A DNA stretch of 64,000 nucleotides from Chrysomallon squamiferum. Taxonomy: Eukaryota; Animalia; Mollusca. This document shows positions 1 to 60,518 of this stretch, piece after piece; position 1 is the stretch's first letter, and the number at the start of each line of letters is the position of its first letter. The position numbers and the translations under genes are program-made. The DNA is taken from contig CM022670.1 of the NCBI GenBank assembly GCA_012295275.1, positions 12,276,001 through 12,340,000 of the forward strand. Reading direction: 5' to 3'. The notes under the pieces are model-generated. The model was not told where the DNA came from. It did no database searches and worked only from the letters and a program-made list of their open reading frames with translations.

Positions 1-3000
1 ATATATATATATAAGAAATATTTTTTTTTTATCGGTGAAAGTGGAATGAACGTTTAAGTATGATCATCTCTTTATAATAGTTATATGATAATTATTATTA
101 TTACTTTGAAAAATGAGGAAGACGACACTCTGTTATTTAAAAATTGTCGAAAATAAATGTTTCTCTTCAGCAATAATTTCACTTCTAAAAACGTTAATGT
201 AGACATATAGTCAACGAAACAGTTCTGAAACCAAGGAAAAGTAGTCAAAAATGGATACAGACAAACTGCAGAGTATAAAAAAACCCTGAGCCCTCTCTTT
301 TTCCCGGAAACGGAACTAATGACATCAGAGGAATGCTGTTTCTTCACATCAGGTTCTTATTTGTGAAGGAGTTTGTTCCAGTCTGACACCCAGACTCGTG
401 TGTTTCAGCGACAACCTAGTAAAAAAATCGATTCACCATTGTACTCCGGTCCCCAGGGAATAAAACAAAAATGGCGGACAAACGAAATAGAATCTGGCTA
501 TTGATTTATGTAGGAGGAAATAATGTCTAAGATAGAAGACGTCAAGTTTATTCTCAGAGCATCATGGTAACGTAGCGCCATTTTCATTAGGAAAAAAGTT
601 AAGGTTACTGTGCAAGGTAATGATTGGGTTTTTTAAATTATATAATTACACGATTCATTAGTGTCAAGTACTGTAAATTAGTCTGCATACCGATAGTGAG
701 CTTTCTGGAGTTAATAATAATGTGTTTGCCTTAACAAAAAACAACAACAAAGTACAATTGCTTTTGCCCAGAATGTTTGCAAAACAACATAAATAAAATT
801 TTATATATATATATATAAAAATAAAATATATAATAATAAAATTTTAAAATATTAAGAGCATCAGAAGAACATCAGTAAAGTAAAGCGGAAATAAATCCAC
901 CAATAATAACAGGAAGAAAAACAAATTTGTCAACAGCTGCAGCAGCAACAAACTAAAATTACAACAACAATAACCACGACAAACCAGACGTCCAAACAAC
1001 AACAACAATAACAACGACATCAAAGGTTTCTATTACAATAACCGAACATGCATAAAAGAATCGCTCTGTTTAGCACGCTTTGTTTATTCACACTATTTAC
1101 AAACAATCCATAATTTCGCAAGAAGACACAAATTCAACTCATCACATCAGCAAAATACGTGGAAGTACGTGATAAATATTTTACAGTTTGTAACGCGAGT
1201 ATCAGTATGTAGCTGTGAAGTCTATAGTAAAGTTAATGTTACTTTGGCTACTGTCAACGTTAATGTCATCACATCTGAAAGTTAACACAGTGCAGCAATA
1301 AGGGCTCTGCAATCAACGCACGCGCTTAGTTTGGCCCGTCCCTAGAGACTGGGAGAAATAATCTGTCACACCTAACAATACGTCTGCAGTGTTTTTAATG
1401 CTGAACATTCGCGACAAATTTAAAAGCTTAAATGATTTTTGTGTTTGGAATAATAATGATGATCAGGGTGACAATCGTGATGGCAGTGCAACGACGACAA
1501 CGACGATAGCAGGAATTGAAGCGACAAGAATTTTAACAGCAACGCAACAACAACAACAACAACAACAACAACAACGATAATAATAATAATAATAGTGTAC
1601 AGTTAGTTATTTGTGAAAGAAAAAACAAAGTGCGGTAGAAAAAAAACATTAAATAATTTTAAAAACCCAACTAATCAATATAAGATTATTAAATATTCAC
1701 AAAAATGTAACAAGAAATAAAAAGTAGAAGAAGAATAAAAAACAACACAATAATAATAATAACAAAATACATAAAAAAAAAAAGATGAATAGCAGATTAA
1801 AAATAACAAAGCAACAAAAATAATAATTAAAAGACTCCCCGCTAAATTCAAATTCGAATTCTAACAACAACAACAGCAACAACATAAAAAATAATATAAA
1901 AATAATATATTTAATTATCAAGCAAGAAATTAAATTCAATATTGATTGTTGATTTTTAAGGAAAAAGTTGATTTTTTTTTTTTGTGATTTTTTTAGAAAA
2001 CTTTAGAAAACTTTAGAAAACTTTTTAATATGTGTGAATTATGATGTGAAATAACATTGTTCTGTTTAAGCCAAATAATGTGATTACATCTCAACATTTA
2101 AAAATTATTTATTTTGTTTATCTAAAGGTAATCAAACATAATTTATGCTCTCTTTTAAAATAAATAAATAAATATGATTAAAATAAATAGGCAGATAGAA
2201 AGATAGGTAAATAAATAAATAAATAAATAATTGTAGTACAGTGAATAACACCATTCAATACTTCAACATCAACACAAGTACGTATCATCGTCATAACACA
2301 GCAATCAACATTATCATTACCGTAACCACTCGCACTATTATCACTGTTTCTATCACAACCATCGTTATATCATTACTACTTGCACGACAGTTGTACCTCT
2401 TCCTCATATCCTTTACCATTCGTCAACAACACACCATCATCACCACCACTACAGTGTCACACCACCTTTACAGCTACCGTCAGCATCACCAGGACACCGT
2501 GTACTCTGTTTGTGAAGGTTCTCAATGGCTAAGGAACGACTGCAACACGCGATGCTTGTCAATGCGAGGACAATAAGACGAAGACTGCTCATAGTTACCC
2601 AGTCACGTCTGAAACAGCTAATTTGGTTTGTTATCAAAATAGACTTTTCATATCTGTCTTGTAGCCCGCTGAGGTGACACTGCAAGTACTATATCTGGAA
2701 AAAATATGATTTTGACGATGATGGTGATGATGATGTTGATGATAATGACAACAACCAAAAATAAAACAATAATAATTATTATGATAACAACACTAACAGT
2801 GATGATGATGATAATAATAATAATAATAATAATAATAATAGTAATAATAATAATAATAACAGTAATAACAAACATCATCAACATAATAATTATGATGAAA
2901 ATGAGATTAATAAGGAAACAACAATAACCACAATGACGATAACGAAGATAATAAAAGTAAACATTTTTATCATTAATTAAATAAATAAAACGAAGATAAT

Positions 3001-3349
3001 AAAAGTAACAATTATTATAATTATTTAAATAAACACTAATGGTGATTGGTAATGCTGTATTATGTTGAATTTAAGGCTGATAATTAAAAATAAATTAACA
3101 TCGATTGTACTGAAGATGTTTGTAAACCACTAAACAGATGTCCTGTGTTGAGTTTTAGATTTCGTTTTCAAGTCGAATAATCATACATGTATATCTGTAA
3201 TTCCGATATTTCTGATATATCAAATAAATAAATAAATAAATAATAATAAAACCCCCCAAAAAAAAAAAAAAAAAAAAGAATCAAGAAAAAAAAAAAAAAA
3301 AAAAAAATTAAAAAATTAAAAGTAATAATAATAAGAATAAAAAAAGTAA

Positions 3350-3412
<63 letters not shown>

Positions 3413-5224
3413 ATCTGAAAATTAATTAACATACAAATAAGAAAAAAAAAATATATGTTCAATGTTAGAAATGTATTTTCTGTGAACATAAAAGCCAACG
3501 TGATTATTCTACTTAGTTCTACGATTCTGAGGTCGAACGCGTGAATACCAAATTTTCAATTTACGTTCCTCAGTCTAACGAATTCTCTAACAACCTAACT
3601 ATGTAGCTGTTACGAACATTACAACAAAATCACATTGAATAAAAGCTTAGTCAGAGAGGCAATTTTCGAACAGTTGACTGATTGTGACTTTCAGTTTCTG
3701 ACATTAAAATTTTATGGAACAAAAAAAAACAAAAACAAACTAGAACAAGAAAAATAATTAAATTCGAATTTAAATTTTAATTTGAAAAAGTAGGGACCGA
3801 AGATTAATTTCTCCAGGGACACATGACAAATGAATGTCATTTTTTGAAGAGGTTTGAAATAGCCGCAAGTACTTGAAGAAATGTAACTGTTTTCAATCAG
3901 TGAGAATGCGGGATTGCTCAACTGGAGTTAAAAATCACAGGTGATTAATCTGCGAAAAAACACAGAGTCAGAAATAAAAGACAGAGAAAGAGAAAAAAAT
4001 AAATTGGTTTGTGAATGATGAATGTATGATATGCATGTGCACGTGTTTTTAAAATTCTGTTCTTTTGTTGATTTTATTATTATTATTATTATTATTTTTT
4101 TTTTTTTTTTTGTTTGTGTGAGTGGGTTGGGAGAAAACATGTTTTCCCAGTGTGTGTATAATCGATTAGAATAAATTAAAATCGAGTTTATTATATATGT
4201 AGCATTGACATGAAACTCACTCTTTTTGTAGTCAGTTATGATGATGATGATAATAATAATAATAAAGTATGAATATGTTTGTATACATAGAGAATAATTG
4301 GTTATCTGGTTAGTGCGGTCAGGTCAGACTGGCTTGGCTTTAGCAGGATCAAGCTGATCTTTAAAGGCAGTAACAGTTACGTGTATTTCTTTTATCCTTC
4401 AAACCTAACTATACAAGTTTGTCTCCAACAAAAAAATATACATCAGAATACAATAATTCTTAAATATCAACAGTTTATTGATTAAAAGAAAACGGTTTCA
4501 AAATGGCCTTTTAAAATAGAAACCAACACTTGAACTCCAACAAGCTCATTTTGATCAGTATACCAGTAACTGAAAAGTAATGTATCCATAAAAATAGTTT
4601 AGTCCTTAAAAGCTATAATTTTGGTCATTGAAGGAAATGTATGCATGTAAATGTATATGTCTATAATCTATATCTGTCTGCTTATCTATATATCTGTTTG
4701 TCTGTCTATCAGTCCATCTACATCTCTGTCTGTATGAACTAAAAGTGGGTGACCATACTGTACGTACAGTTGTAACCGTGACATTTTAGAGAGCACTAAG
4801 TTTATAATGGGAATTTTGACTTTTGATCTCATCTGATCTCTACGGCTTAAGAAAATTGGTAGCTGGTTGCTTATTTCGAATCTCTTGGGTAATATCGTTT
4901 CCAGTACGCAGTATCAGATAGCCAGGATTCTGTAGATAGAAAACGCAAATAGACGAGAATGTTTAGTACAAACTTTATATAGCTTTTTAGATAACGGTAT
5001 AAATCAATTATTCAGCCCATTAGATAACAAAAGATAGCACTGCATCCAATGATAATGTCTTTCTCCCGTCCGCTAACTTAACTATATCTCTAATTAAATA
5101 TATTATTATTATTATTTTTTTTATATGTACATCTGTAAGGTTTTTGATGTTGTTAATATAGCTAGTCTATTATTTAATAAAATATTCAGTAAATTCATTA
5201 TATTTTTAAACTCACCAGTTGAAT

Positions 5225-5520
5225 GAGTTATCTAGTTATCTAGTCACTAAGTCAGTACATTAATAAGTAAGTACTCTAGTTATCTAGTCAATGTCGGTAA
5301 ATTAATAAGTGTATTAATACATTACTTGTTCAGTAATTAATCTAGATATCTAGTCAATATGTCAGTAAATTAATAAGTTTATTAATAAGTTACTTGTTCA
5401 CTGTCAGTAAATTAGTATTGATAAAAAGTTGCTTGTTCAAGTATGTACTCTAGTTATCTAGTGAACGTGTCAGAAAATTAATAAGTATGTCAGTCTGTTT
5501 ACTTGTTCATCTAGCAAGTC
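5225..5520. repeat. Degenerate minisatellite (tctagttatctagtca...gtcagtaaattaataagt...tacttgttca)
   Basis: Motifs recur about 4-5 times with variable spacing. Confidence 0.7.
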
Positions 5521-5771
5521 AGTCAGTGAGTCGTCTGACACAATCAGTTATGTAAACTAGTCATCTAGACGACAGTCATGTCATAATGCAAGGCGTCAAA
5601 ACAGTTTTGAACTGAGTAAGTAATTGTATTTAGCCACTCATTTAGCCAGTAAGTAGGTCAATTAGCTGATCATTTTATCAGTCGTACAATAAAAAGTGTC
5701 AAACGAGGACCCAGTGAAACTGGCCTTTTATCAAAAAGCCAATCAGCGAGAATTATTCTTTTGACACGAAA

Positions 5772-5802
<31 letters not shown>

Positions 5803-5859
5803 CCGCTTTCCCTCGCATAAAACTAATAAAAAAAATTCCCCGATAACGGAACCCAATTC

Positions 5860-6560
5860 ATTAATCACAAGCCTTGAGGAAACGAACAAAACAAAAACAC
5901 TGGACACCGAATACGTGCCGCAAAGTGCTCAACGCTGGCACCGTTTAATGACTGGGCAGCATCTTTATACCGTTTGCTTTTAGTATCAGACATATGACGG
6001 GTTAGCGTTACATGGAGTTTCCGATAATTCATTCGTGTGCCACGCTTCCAGTCCCTTGGGTATATATCAAGCGGAATTAAGCATCATCGAAACTGCAATA
6101 TGGCCAAACTGTTACAAAAAGTTGCATAAATCAATTTTCCTCGAAGCAAACAGCAAGTGTTTCGCTGGACACGGCGAATGTCGTCTGCAACAACACTACA
6201 CACGCGCCACTTGCACTTTGTCGCGTTTCACTGAGTGAAAAAGCCGAACACCACCTCGTCACGTCTTCATGTAATATTTATACTTAAAAGCTTAAAAGCG
6301 CTGGGTTGTGAATTCTTCCACTGTTTAAACGCGCACCGTTCGGTAATTATTCTCCTACGGGCAGTGTTGTTGATTAATCCAGTTACTCTCTCGATCATGG
6401 ACTCCCGTATAAAAACGTCATTATGTTCTGGATTAAAAAGACAAACAGAGTTGGAATTCCGCGCCACACTTAGTCGAGAACCTTCCACTGTTTGACGGGA
6501 GGAGGCAGCGCTCGGCACGCGGCAGTTTGAAAGATACGTCGCTGTCTCTGCAGAGGCTGT
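5860..6560 (+). promoter_or_regulatory. Probable promoter / 5' leader region of the iGluR gene
   Basis: Locally GC- and CpG-richer, repeat-free block 0.5-1.2 kb upstream of the ATG; the transcription start cannot be located. Confidence 0.35.
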
Positions 6561-7049
6561 TGGAAGGACGATACCTTCTCATTGCACTTGTTAAACGATC
6601 AACTTGCCAGAGTTTGTTTCATTTATCACTCTCTCTCGCTTTTTTTTTTTTCTTCTTCTACTCGCTAGTATTTTGCCGATTATTGAAATCGGAAGATGTT
6701 TCAGGGCTCGGGAATCATTTTATCGAGAGAGTTAAATCAGTGTGCACGGACTGAGAATTTTATGATGAGAGTCAACGAGACGTTTTGAAATTTTTGTCAA
6801 TATTTTTCTCTTTCGCCAGTAACTATGGAATCTCTGGTTTAACGATAAATAAGACTAGACAAAAATGTATTTTGGAAATTTAAGTTTTATTTTTTTGAAA
6901 TAACGGTTCTGGGACTTTACGGAGGCGTTAGTACGCATGTGCAGTATGAACTTCCTACAGTGACAGTGTTTAGCACGCTAGTTTTTTGTTAGTAGTGTTG
7001 GGAGGTACTACGAAGCACCCCAAGTGAAACCTCACCTGTGCAAGGGAAG

Positions 7050-51980
<44,931 letters not shown>

Positions 51981-54427
51981 CAGACTTTTGTTATACATTA
52001 CGTCTCCTAAAATAACCAGAACAATTCAGCAGTCGAAAAATCCTTTTGTGATTTTCTTACAAGACTTGAAAGCAGTCAGACTGAAGGGAGACAACTCGAT
52101 ATAAATGAAATTCAGGATAAAGAAAAAAGGAAAGAGAAAAGCCCCAGCAAATTAGAGATGAGAGTTACTGTATTAACATGGACGCACCTAAACTCAATGA
52201 AATTTCACAAAGACGAGACATCAATGTTAATCACCGTCAGAGAGGTTCTCCATTAGCGACAATCAATGACGACCATAACGTGATCTGCATTCACTTAGTT
52301 GTCATGAAGTACGCTTGAGTACACTTTGCCTTCAAGCACAGCTAGATCACATCGTACTGTCATATCTACAACTACACACACACAAAAACACGTCAACACA
52401 TAAAACTAACTTAAAGTTCTGTGGAATACACTTTGCCTGTAATAACCATATCATATTGGACTTCATGTTTGATTCTGAATGCATGCAGCATCAGTATTGA
52501 TAATAATGTTTCTGTATTCATTTTGTTGCCCGGAAGAAAACTTCACTGAATTGACCATCAATTTTATGTTACAATAACACACACATATTATTTTATAGCG
52601 TTTACTTATTTTCTTTGAAGACTGATGGAGTTCACATTAATCTGAAGCTTTAAACTTTACATTGTAATAATAATAATATGGGACTGTACATGCACATCAA
52701 CGTGGATATACATGTTAAGCTGAAGAGTGCTCGAGCATTTTTTGTCGTGAAGGAATAAAGTAACGGTATTATTCTGGGGACAGCCGTGTGATATGTATAA
52801 TAATGCAATCTACATTCATTTAGAAAATTGCTGGACTATACTTCGCCTTAATCAACTGAAAAAAAAATGGACACTTTATATTTAGCTAAATGTTTATCTG
52901 CATCGTCTGTGAATGGTCGGAAATCTCTTGTTTATTTATCTGACTTCAGAATATTTTGTGTGTTGAAGAAATAAAGAACTAGACCGAACTTTAGATAACA
53001 GAGTATGTATACATGTGAAAGATACAGTACATTACATTCAGTTAGTTGTTTTGAAGTAAGCTGTAATGTGCTTTACCTTCATGTAATACAGCAGTTATCA
53101 GTAACATAACATCACACATACGTTATCATGATAAGAAAATTGTGTGATCCTTTGTTAACTTAAAGAAATAAAATAAATATATTGTGTTGAACATTATGTG
53201 CAAAAAAGAATGACATTTATTTACTGAGTTTTTAAAAGAATGCTGATGTACATTATACAATAAAATACTGTTCGGGACACATTTATATTTTATACTATCG
53301 TAAAATATGTCAACATAAATACAAAAATACAAGCACGTCATATTTTCTAGATTTATTTATATTGAGAAACTCTGCAGAACGTTCAGTTTTGGAAAGGTGA
53401 AAGAATTTTACGAAATATATTAGCCATTGTCATACGTATGTATCAGAGAGTATTTTCATATGTGATGGAGTGACTTGAATTCGGTTGTTCATCTTGAAAG
53501 GCAGGAATGTTAATTATTTGGAAACAGTGAAAGAATTACATAAATGTATTTCAGGCATTAGCATATCTGATAACCTGGATTCATATTTCTGCATTTTTTA
53601 CTTCTGTTAGAGTGATGGAGTGCAGTTTCCCTTGAAGTTCAGGAAACGTAACGCTGAATATCTACATATTTAGATATATGTCAACACGTATGACTGAGTG
53701 ATGTATATCATATATTATATCACTGTAATGAGACACACTACATTATATATATATATACCTATATTCAGAGACGATGTCCTACATATACAGTCAGTGATAA
53801 TAATAAATTATTGTTTTAAGAAACTGATCAAGCTTCAGTAAAACTGAAACGATAAAACATGGCTTTAAAGCAGTTTATAGAAGTTTAAATACTTTACTTT
53901 TATTAGTATAAAGGAAACATTGCAAACTGAATATTCTGTTTGAACATATTAATATTCCGTCAGTATTATTATATAAGTATTACTGTATAATACAGGAAAC
54001 ATCAGAGTCATTTGCTACATGTGTTTGAATAATTATATCGGATGGTGATAAATAAATTTATGGCTGCAAGAAATCTTTGAATGAATACCACCAATATACA
54101 TCATTGTATCGTACCTACATCAGTAATGAAAAAAGAAGAAAGAAACAGATTTTATGATAATAAAAATCAATACCAGCACCCCCAAAATCGAATCTCCCTA
54201 AAAAACGAAACAACAACAACAACAACGACAACAGTTCTTTACTTCTTAGAAAAGTTAGTCTTTCTGTCAAGACAAAACAACAGCTACGTAATGTAAAAAT
54301 ACTTATTAATTTAGTTTTATAATTTCCAACGAATATAGTTTTACACAAACTGTTATAAATCTTGTGTAGTGTTGCTATAGCATTAACGAACAAATTTCCA
54401 TGTGTACTGCAAAGTGGATTTAAAATT

Positions 54428-54537
<110 letters not shown>

Positions 54538-54559
54538 CTATATCAGCAGCAACACATCT

Positions 54560-54655
54560 GTTACATGCACCTTTCCACATACTGTAAGCATATAAAACCA
54601 CTTTTGATACACCAGTCGATGAGCACTGGATAGAACAGGAATATATTCCTATAAC
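54560..54655 (-). mobile_element. Degenerate SINE core fragment, reverse orientation
   Basis: Reverse complement reads ttcctgttctatccagtgctcatcgactggtgtatcaaaagtgg...gtggaaaggtgcatgtaa, matching the + strand copies. Confidence 0.5.
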
Positions 54656-55127
54656 ACCAGTGAGATCTCAGCCAAAGAAAACACTTCCTAGCATTCCAAA
54701 GCTCTTCTGAGAAAACTACGCATTATAATTAGTTTATTGTCAGATCGATATTTAATTCCTGTTTTGCGAATTTTCATTATTCCATTTTCAAATATCCTGC
54801 GATGATTATAAAAATTTATCAAATACAAATTTTCCCTGAAGGCAGCATACAAAAAAAGTTAAATAAAACTGGCATTATAACATTCCTTATCATATAATGA
54901 TGATAAAATTCTCCTGTCGAAACCAATTGTTAATTCTTTTTTGTTTTTTCATTTCTTTTTTGAGAAGATGAAAAGCTATGCAAAGGCGTTACCAATTATG
55001 TTTTTTTAGTTATTAATTTTATTATTAAAATTATTATTATTATTGTTGTTGTTTTGTTGTTGTTGTTGTTGTTGTTATTATGATTATGATTATGATTATT
55101 ATTGTTGTTGTTATTATTATTATCATC

Positions 55128-55167
<40 letters not shown>

Positions 55168-55336
55168 TTATCATTATCATTTGCAAGCGGCGAGTTTCAG
55201 TGGTGACAACACATGCTAATTTACCTTAATATTTATTGCACTGAACTATATCCGTGATGGCATATTTCATTAAATAACATTTTTCATATATGTTTGTTTG
55301 TATGTATATGTGTGTGTACGAATCTATGTATATATG

Positions 55337-55370
<34 letters not shown>

Positions 55371-55999
55371 TGTATGTATGTATGTATGTATGTATTATAT
55401 GTGTGTATGTATGTATATATGTATGTGTGTGTGTATATATGTATGTATGTATGTAAGTTATAAGTATGTTTGAATGTTTGTGTGTGTGATGTGCATATAT
55501 GTGTGCGTATGTGTGTATGTGTATAAAAATAGTAGACATTAATTTAGCTTTAGGATATTATGAATTTAATTTATGGATAAACGCTTAAAAAGCGAGAAGA
55601 TAAACACCAAACAAAACAACAACAACAAAAGACATTCGATATAGAAACAAACAAACAAAAACAACAGCAACAACACACCCACGTATATAATATATACTGT
55701 TGTTGTTTGTTAAACAGATATTATATATAAACTAAGCTAAACTAAAGTAAAAATAACGAACGACAATAAATCGAATAAGCGAACAGAACCATTTAAAAAA
55801 TTAAAAACATTTAGAATATAATATAAAAATCCAATAAAAAGTACCAAAAAAAAAAAAAAAAAAAAAAAAAGAAAATAAATAAATAAAGATAAAAATAACA
55901 ATCAACTCCCAAAACAGACAGCTAAACAAAGAAAAAAAAAAAAAAAAAAAAAAAAAAATAAAAAAAAAAAAAAGGTGGGCAAATAATAATAATAATAAC

Positions 56000-56061
<62 letters not shown>

Positions 56062-57563
56062 TAATAAATTAATAAATAAATAAATAGAAAATAAGGAAAA
56101 AATAAAATTATGATTGTTATCACTATTACCGCGTCATCATCATCATCATCATCATCATCATTATTATTATTATTAATATTATATTTTTAGTAGTAACAGT
56201 AGTAATACCAGTATTGAGTAGTAATATAGATGTAGTAGATGTATTAAATATAGTAATAATAACAGTAGTGGTTGCAGACGTTGATGTAATGGAAGAAGTA
56301 GTAATAATTAGAAGAAGGAGCAGCCATGTTTTGAGTTTTGTAATTGTGGTGTCAGAAAAAAAAATAAAAGTAACAAAGGAAACAAAGTCTAATAAAACAC
56401 AAATCAACAATTAAAAAATAATAATAAAGACAAAAAAAAAAAAAAAAAAACAAGATAAAAAAAGCAAAGACTATAAAAAAGAAAAAAAAAAAAAAAAAAA
56501 ATCAAATGCAAATAAAACTACGAACAGTATATGTAATCCTAATTAAATTTTTCTAAATTATATATTGAACCAGAAGTGATTTATCTACAACATACAGGAC
56601 CAAAATATATATATATAAATAAGTCGCTGAAATATCTACACTTTGTCTAATGGGCCATAATTTAAAAAATTCCCTTAATGGTGTTAATAATGTGTTCAAT
56701 TATTCCCCTCAGAATACCGCCTCGGGGAAACGATCTCTTAAAACCCTTAATGGATATACACACTGCGGCGTAATGTAGAAATGGGGCACAGTCATGTGCT
56801 AGTTACTTCCGACTAACTTCGTTTTAACAACGAGCGCAGAGCGGCCATAATGTTGCAAGGCATTGTCCTAAGATATTTGACATCGTCAGAAGTGTAGTTT
56901 TACAAACTCGACAGGGTCGTTACTTTGTTCCGACCGACATACTGAGCCTCGTTTAGAGATTGTATTATATAACTGACGTCGACCTCCATCGACTGTATGA
57001 TAATTGGACCTACTTACTTGAAAATACTTCTGAACCATAAGTCGCCATGTTTGTTTTCATCGTGTTGTTCAGTTGTTTAGGAAATATTATATATACTTCA
57101 ATAAGAATATACACAGAATTAAGAAAATAAATATATGGTAAAAATCTGGTATTTTGTTTAAAGTTGATGGTTTTTTTAAATATTTTATTTATTTTACAAA
57201 GCGATTTTGACATGTTTATTTCTAATGTTAGAATTCAAATCTATGTTATCTCGTTTTGGTCTTAATCATCTTCTGGATACTATAATAATTCTTCTTTTCT
57301 GATTTGTCGTTCTTTCTCACGTGCTCGTGGCTATAATGGTTGTCTTCCTCTTTTTTTGGCTTCCTTCAGCTTCTCTACATCGCCATCTGTTTTAATTCGA
57401 CGTATGTAATGTAAAAAAGTATATGCTATTGCATAGTGTTAAAGTCTATATAAAATATCCATCGCTATTAGTGGAACACCAAAGTTTGTGACAGACAAAA
57501 TCTGGTTTGATATACTAGCATCAAATAATGAAGTAAAGACAAAGGTATTCTGAAATATTTCGA

Positions 57564-57637
<74 letters not shown>

Positions 57638-60458
57638 ATAATAATAATAATAATAATCATTCTCATCATAACCATTGAGAATTACTCCCTCCAGCTCCAG
57701 ATCCTTCACAATGAAAAGTAGGTCACACTTTTTCAGCAAGTTATTTTTCTGACCTGTTCGTGTCCATAGCATTAGGATGTGTTTGTGAGATGTGACAATA
57801 ACATCGCCTCTGTCTGTTTGAGATCAAACATAAAGGAGGTGATTTATTGGTAAATAAAGTTTGATTAGATAGCTGTGTGAGTGTGACATTCACACAAAAT
57901 AACCGGTATTGATTCGATGTCTAAACTACTTTTACATTAATCCTGCTTGTCAATAGTCGTTTGAAAATGTTATTAGATGTTTTACGACTTTACAAACAAC
58001 AGTTTAAAAGATATTTTATGTGATTAATTATTTTGGTGAAGCATCGTGTGAATCTGCCTTGTACCAAAAAGAAGAAAAACAACAAAGAAAAAAAAAAAGC
58101 GAGAAAAAAGAACAGAAAAATCTGGAGAAGATAATGCTCGTGAAGAAGAATATAATAATGATGATGAAGAAGAAGAAGAAGAAAAAGAAATTTGTGCTAT
58201 AGGAGATAACTGATAATTAAAAAAATCTATAATATTAAATAATCTAAGACAAATCAAAAGGATTCTGTACTTTTGAAAGTGTCTGATCCGGACCTTTTTA
58301 ACAAAAGAACTTCTGCTTTATCAAAGTCAAATCTTGAGAATACGGACGCTGTTGCTGATGATTGATGCTCAACTCTGAGGGAACTGGAATGTTTTCTCCC
58401 GCAGTGCTCACAACAAACTGGTGTGGATACGTTCACAAGGATGATTTTGCTTTCCCCGATGATCAGAACGTGTCATATTAGAAAATGCTTAGAGACTCTG
58501 AGGTATAATTTCACACAAACCAAACAATTCTTCTCGACTGAAATGTCAAAGATTTTGTTTCAGACAATTCGATTTGTTACAGAATATTACAGCCATCACG
58601 AACTTTTTTTTTATATTACCAATTACATTTACTTCTTTACATCTACACAGACCACCTTTATCCTTTACACGGCAAATTGGTTTAATCATCAGAGCATGAA
58701 ACAAGTAAAGTGGAAGTTATTATAGTAATAAAAGAAAGCAAGTAGAAAGGATGATTACTTTTACACCGTGTGAAGTAATTCTAAGAACATTATAATTAAT
58801 CTAGATATCTTTTCTTAGCTGGTTTTATTGGTCATTACCTAGAAATTAATAGGCTAGACGATTTATTGTCAAACAGAAGATAAGTTCGAATCCCGTTAAT
58901 GGATATAATAAAAATAAAAATGTTTTATTAATTATGTTCTTAGTAATTTTCTCCCTTTTTTAAATTCTTATTTTTATTTTTTATTTTTTTTATAAATTGT
59001 TTTGTTTAGTTGTTACTAAGTTCGTTTTCTGATAACTGTTGTCATATGTAATTTATTTATATAAAACGTTCATAAAAACTTTAAAATTATGATTTCAAAT
59101 AATTATATTGACTTGACGTAACTTTAGTTAATAGCATTTTGCTTTATAACTCTTTTATTGTTGCACTGCAAGCCGCAGTTTCATAACATGCTAATGGAGA
59201 TAATATCAGTTTAGCTGTGTCGTTTATCCTATTCAATTTATTATATACTCTCGGAACGATTCAGAAGCCAATCGTGTCGGGGAACATAATATTTTTCGTT
59301 ATATTATCCCTTTTTTTTTCATCTTAAAGCCTGTTTTCGTTATAGTTCCGTTATTGTCAAATTCGATGCCACTGTTTTGTATCATATTAAAAGATCTTGC
59401 ACTGCTTATCGTGGCGTTCAGTTCGTTTAAAATCATACATGCTCAGTACTGTTTTCATTCAAGTTATTTTTGTACATTTTATTCTAGAGTTTCTAAATCT
59501 GAAATTTGATCTAGTGTCTTGTACTCTTCAAACAAGGCAAATTTTGTCCATGACAAAGATATGCAAAGTTAAAACATTCTAAAGACGCACATGATCATTT
59601 AATAGATAATTATTGTTTTCATTCCTCTTTTGTCCTCCTACAGACCAAACAAATTTTGATTTTGGCTCTTTAGAAGTGCACTGGGTTATTTAAATTCACC
59701 TTGTATTAGCCAGAAGAAGAGCATAATCACTCCTCTCGGTACCGTAGACTCTGATAACTGTTTTTCATTGCTTAAATGTTTATATTAAGCGAGCGAGTAA
59801 GCGATGTTTTATGAAAACTAAGTCGAAGAACGGATAATATCCATTAAATAATTTGTCTACTTCCTGTATGAGTCAGCTTTTTTACCAGTCCAAATATTAG
59901 TTTATTTTCAAAAGTAACATGGAAAGGGATTTCAGAAAGTTAATTGCATCGAAATGGAATATTTAACCTCAGTAAAATCTAGTATAATCCTCACAACTGC
60001 AAACTCATTGAATAGACATAGTTACTGAAGAATCATTAAATTCTTATATTATTATAAAAACACTAAATATTTTTTAACAACAGAGTTAATGTTTGTTACA
60101 CTATGTTTATTTAATTAGTTTCATTTGTTTATGTAGACCAATAAATACAAGTAATAACTGATGATGGTAATAATACAATCACATCCTTCAACAGGTATTA
60201 CCAGAGAGGTATTTACTGAAGAGAAGATAAGATATGTTAAGCAACACTGCCATGTCTGTCTTTCATTTTCTTTTCTTTTTGTTTATTTTATGTTTTCACT
60301 TTACATTTTTCTATGGGATGATACGTGACGAATACCTTCAGACAAACCGAAACAGTGCTTCGTTCTGATTTACTATAGTATTGCTTTTATACTATTAGAT
60401 ACAAAAATCAGTGATATAATTACCTGAAAGTGAAAAGTAAAAAAAAATAATAATAGTA

Positions 60459-60518
<60 letters not shown>

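Noticed and set aside
81-480. Minus-strand 88-aa ORF and aaaATGGCGG motif at ~470
   Set aside because: Non-ATG start, no recognisable motif, and the + strand ATG closes after 19 codons; at most UTR or promoter sequence.
53390-53650. Faint repeated motifs (ggaaa..gtgaaagaatt, gtgatggagtg); similar faint repeats at 18040-18280 and 9240-9560
   Set aside because: Too degenerate to define units; consistent with old neutral local duplications.
58254-58503. Complex island with ORFs on both strands and a + strand cccgcag acceptor with a gag|gtataa donor
   Set aside because: No recognisable protein in any frame and no partner exons; cannot be supported without transcript data.
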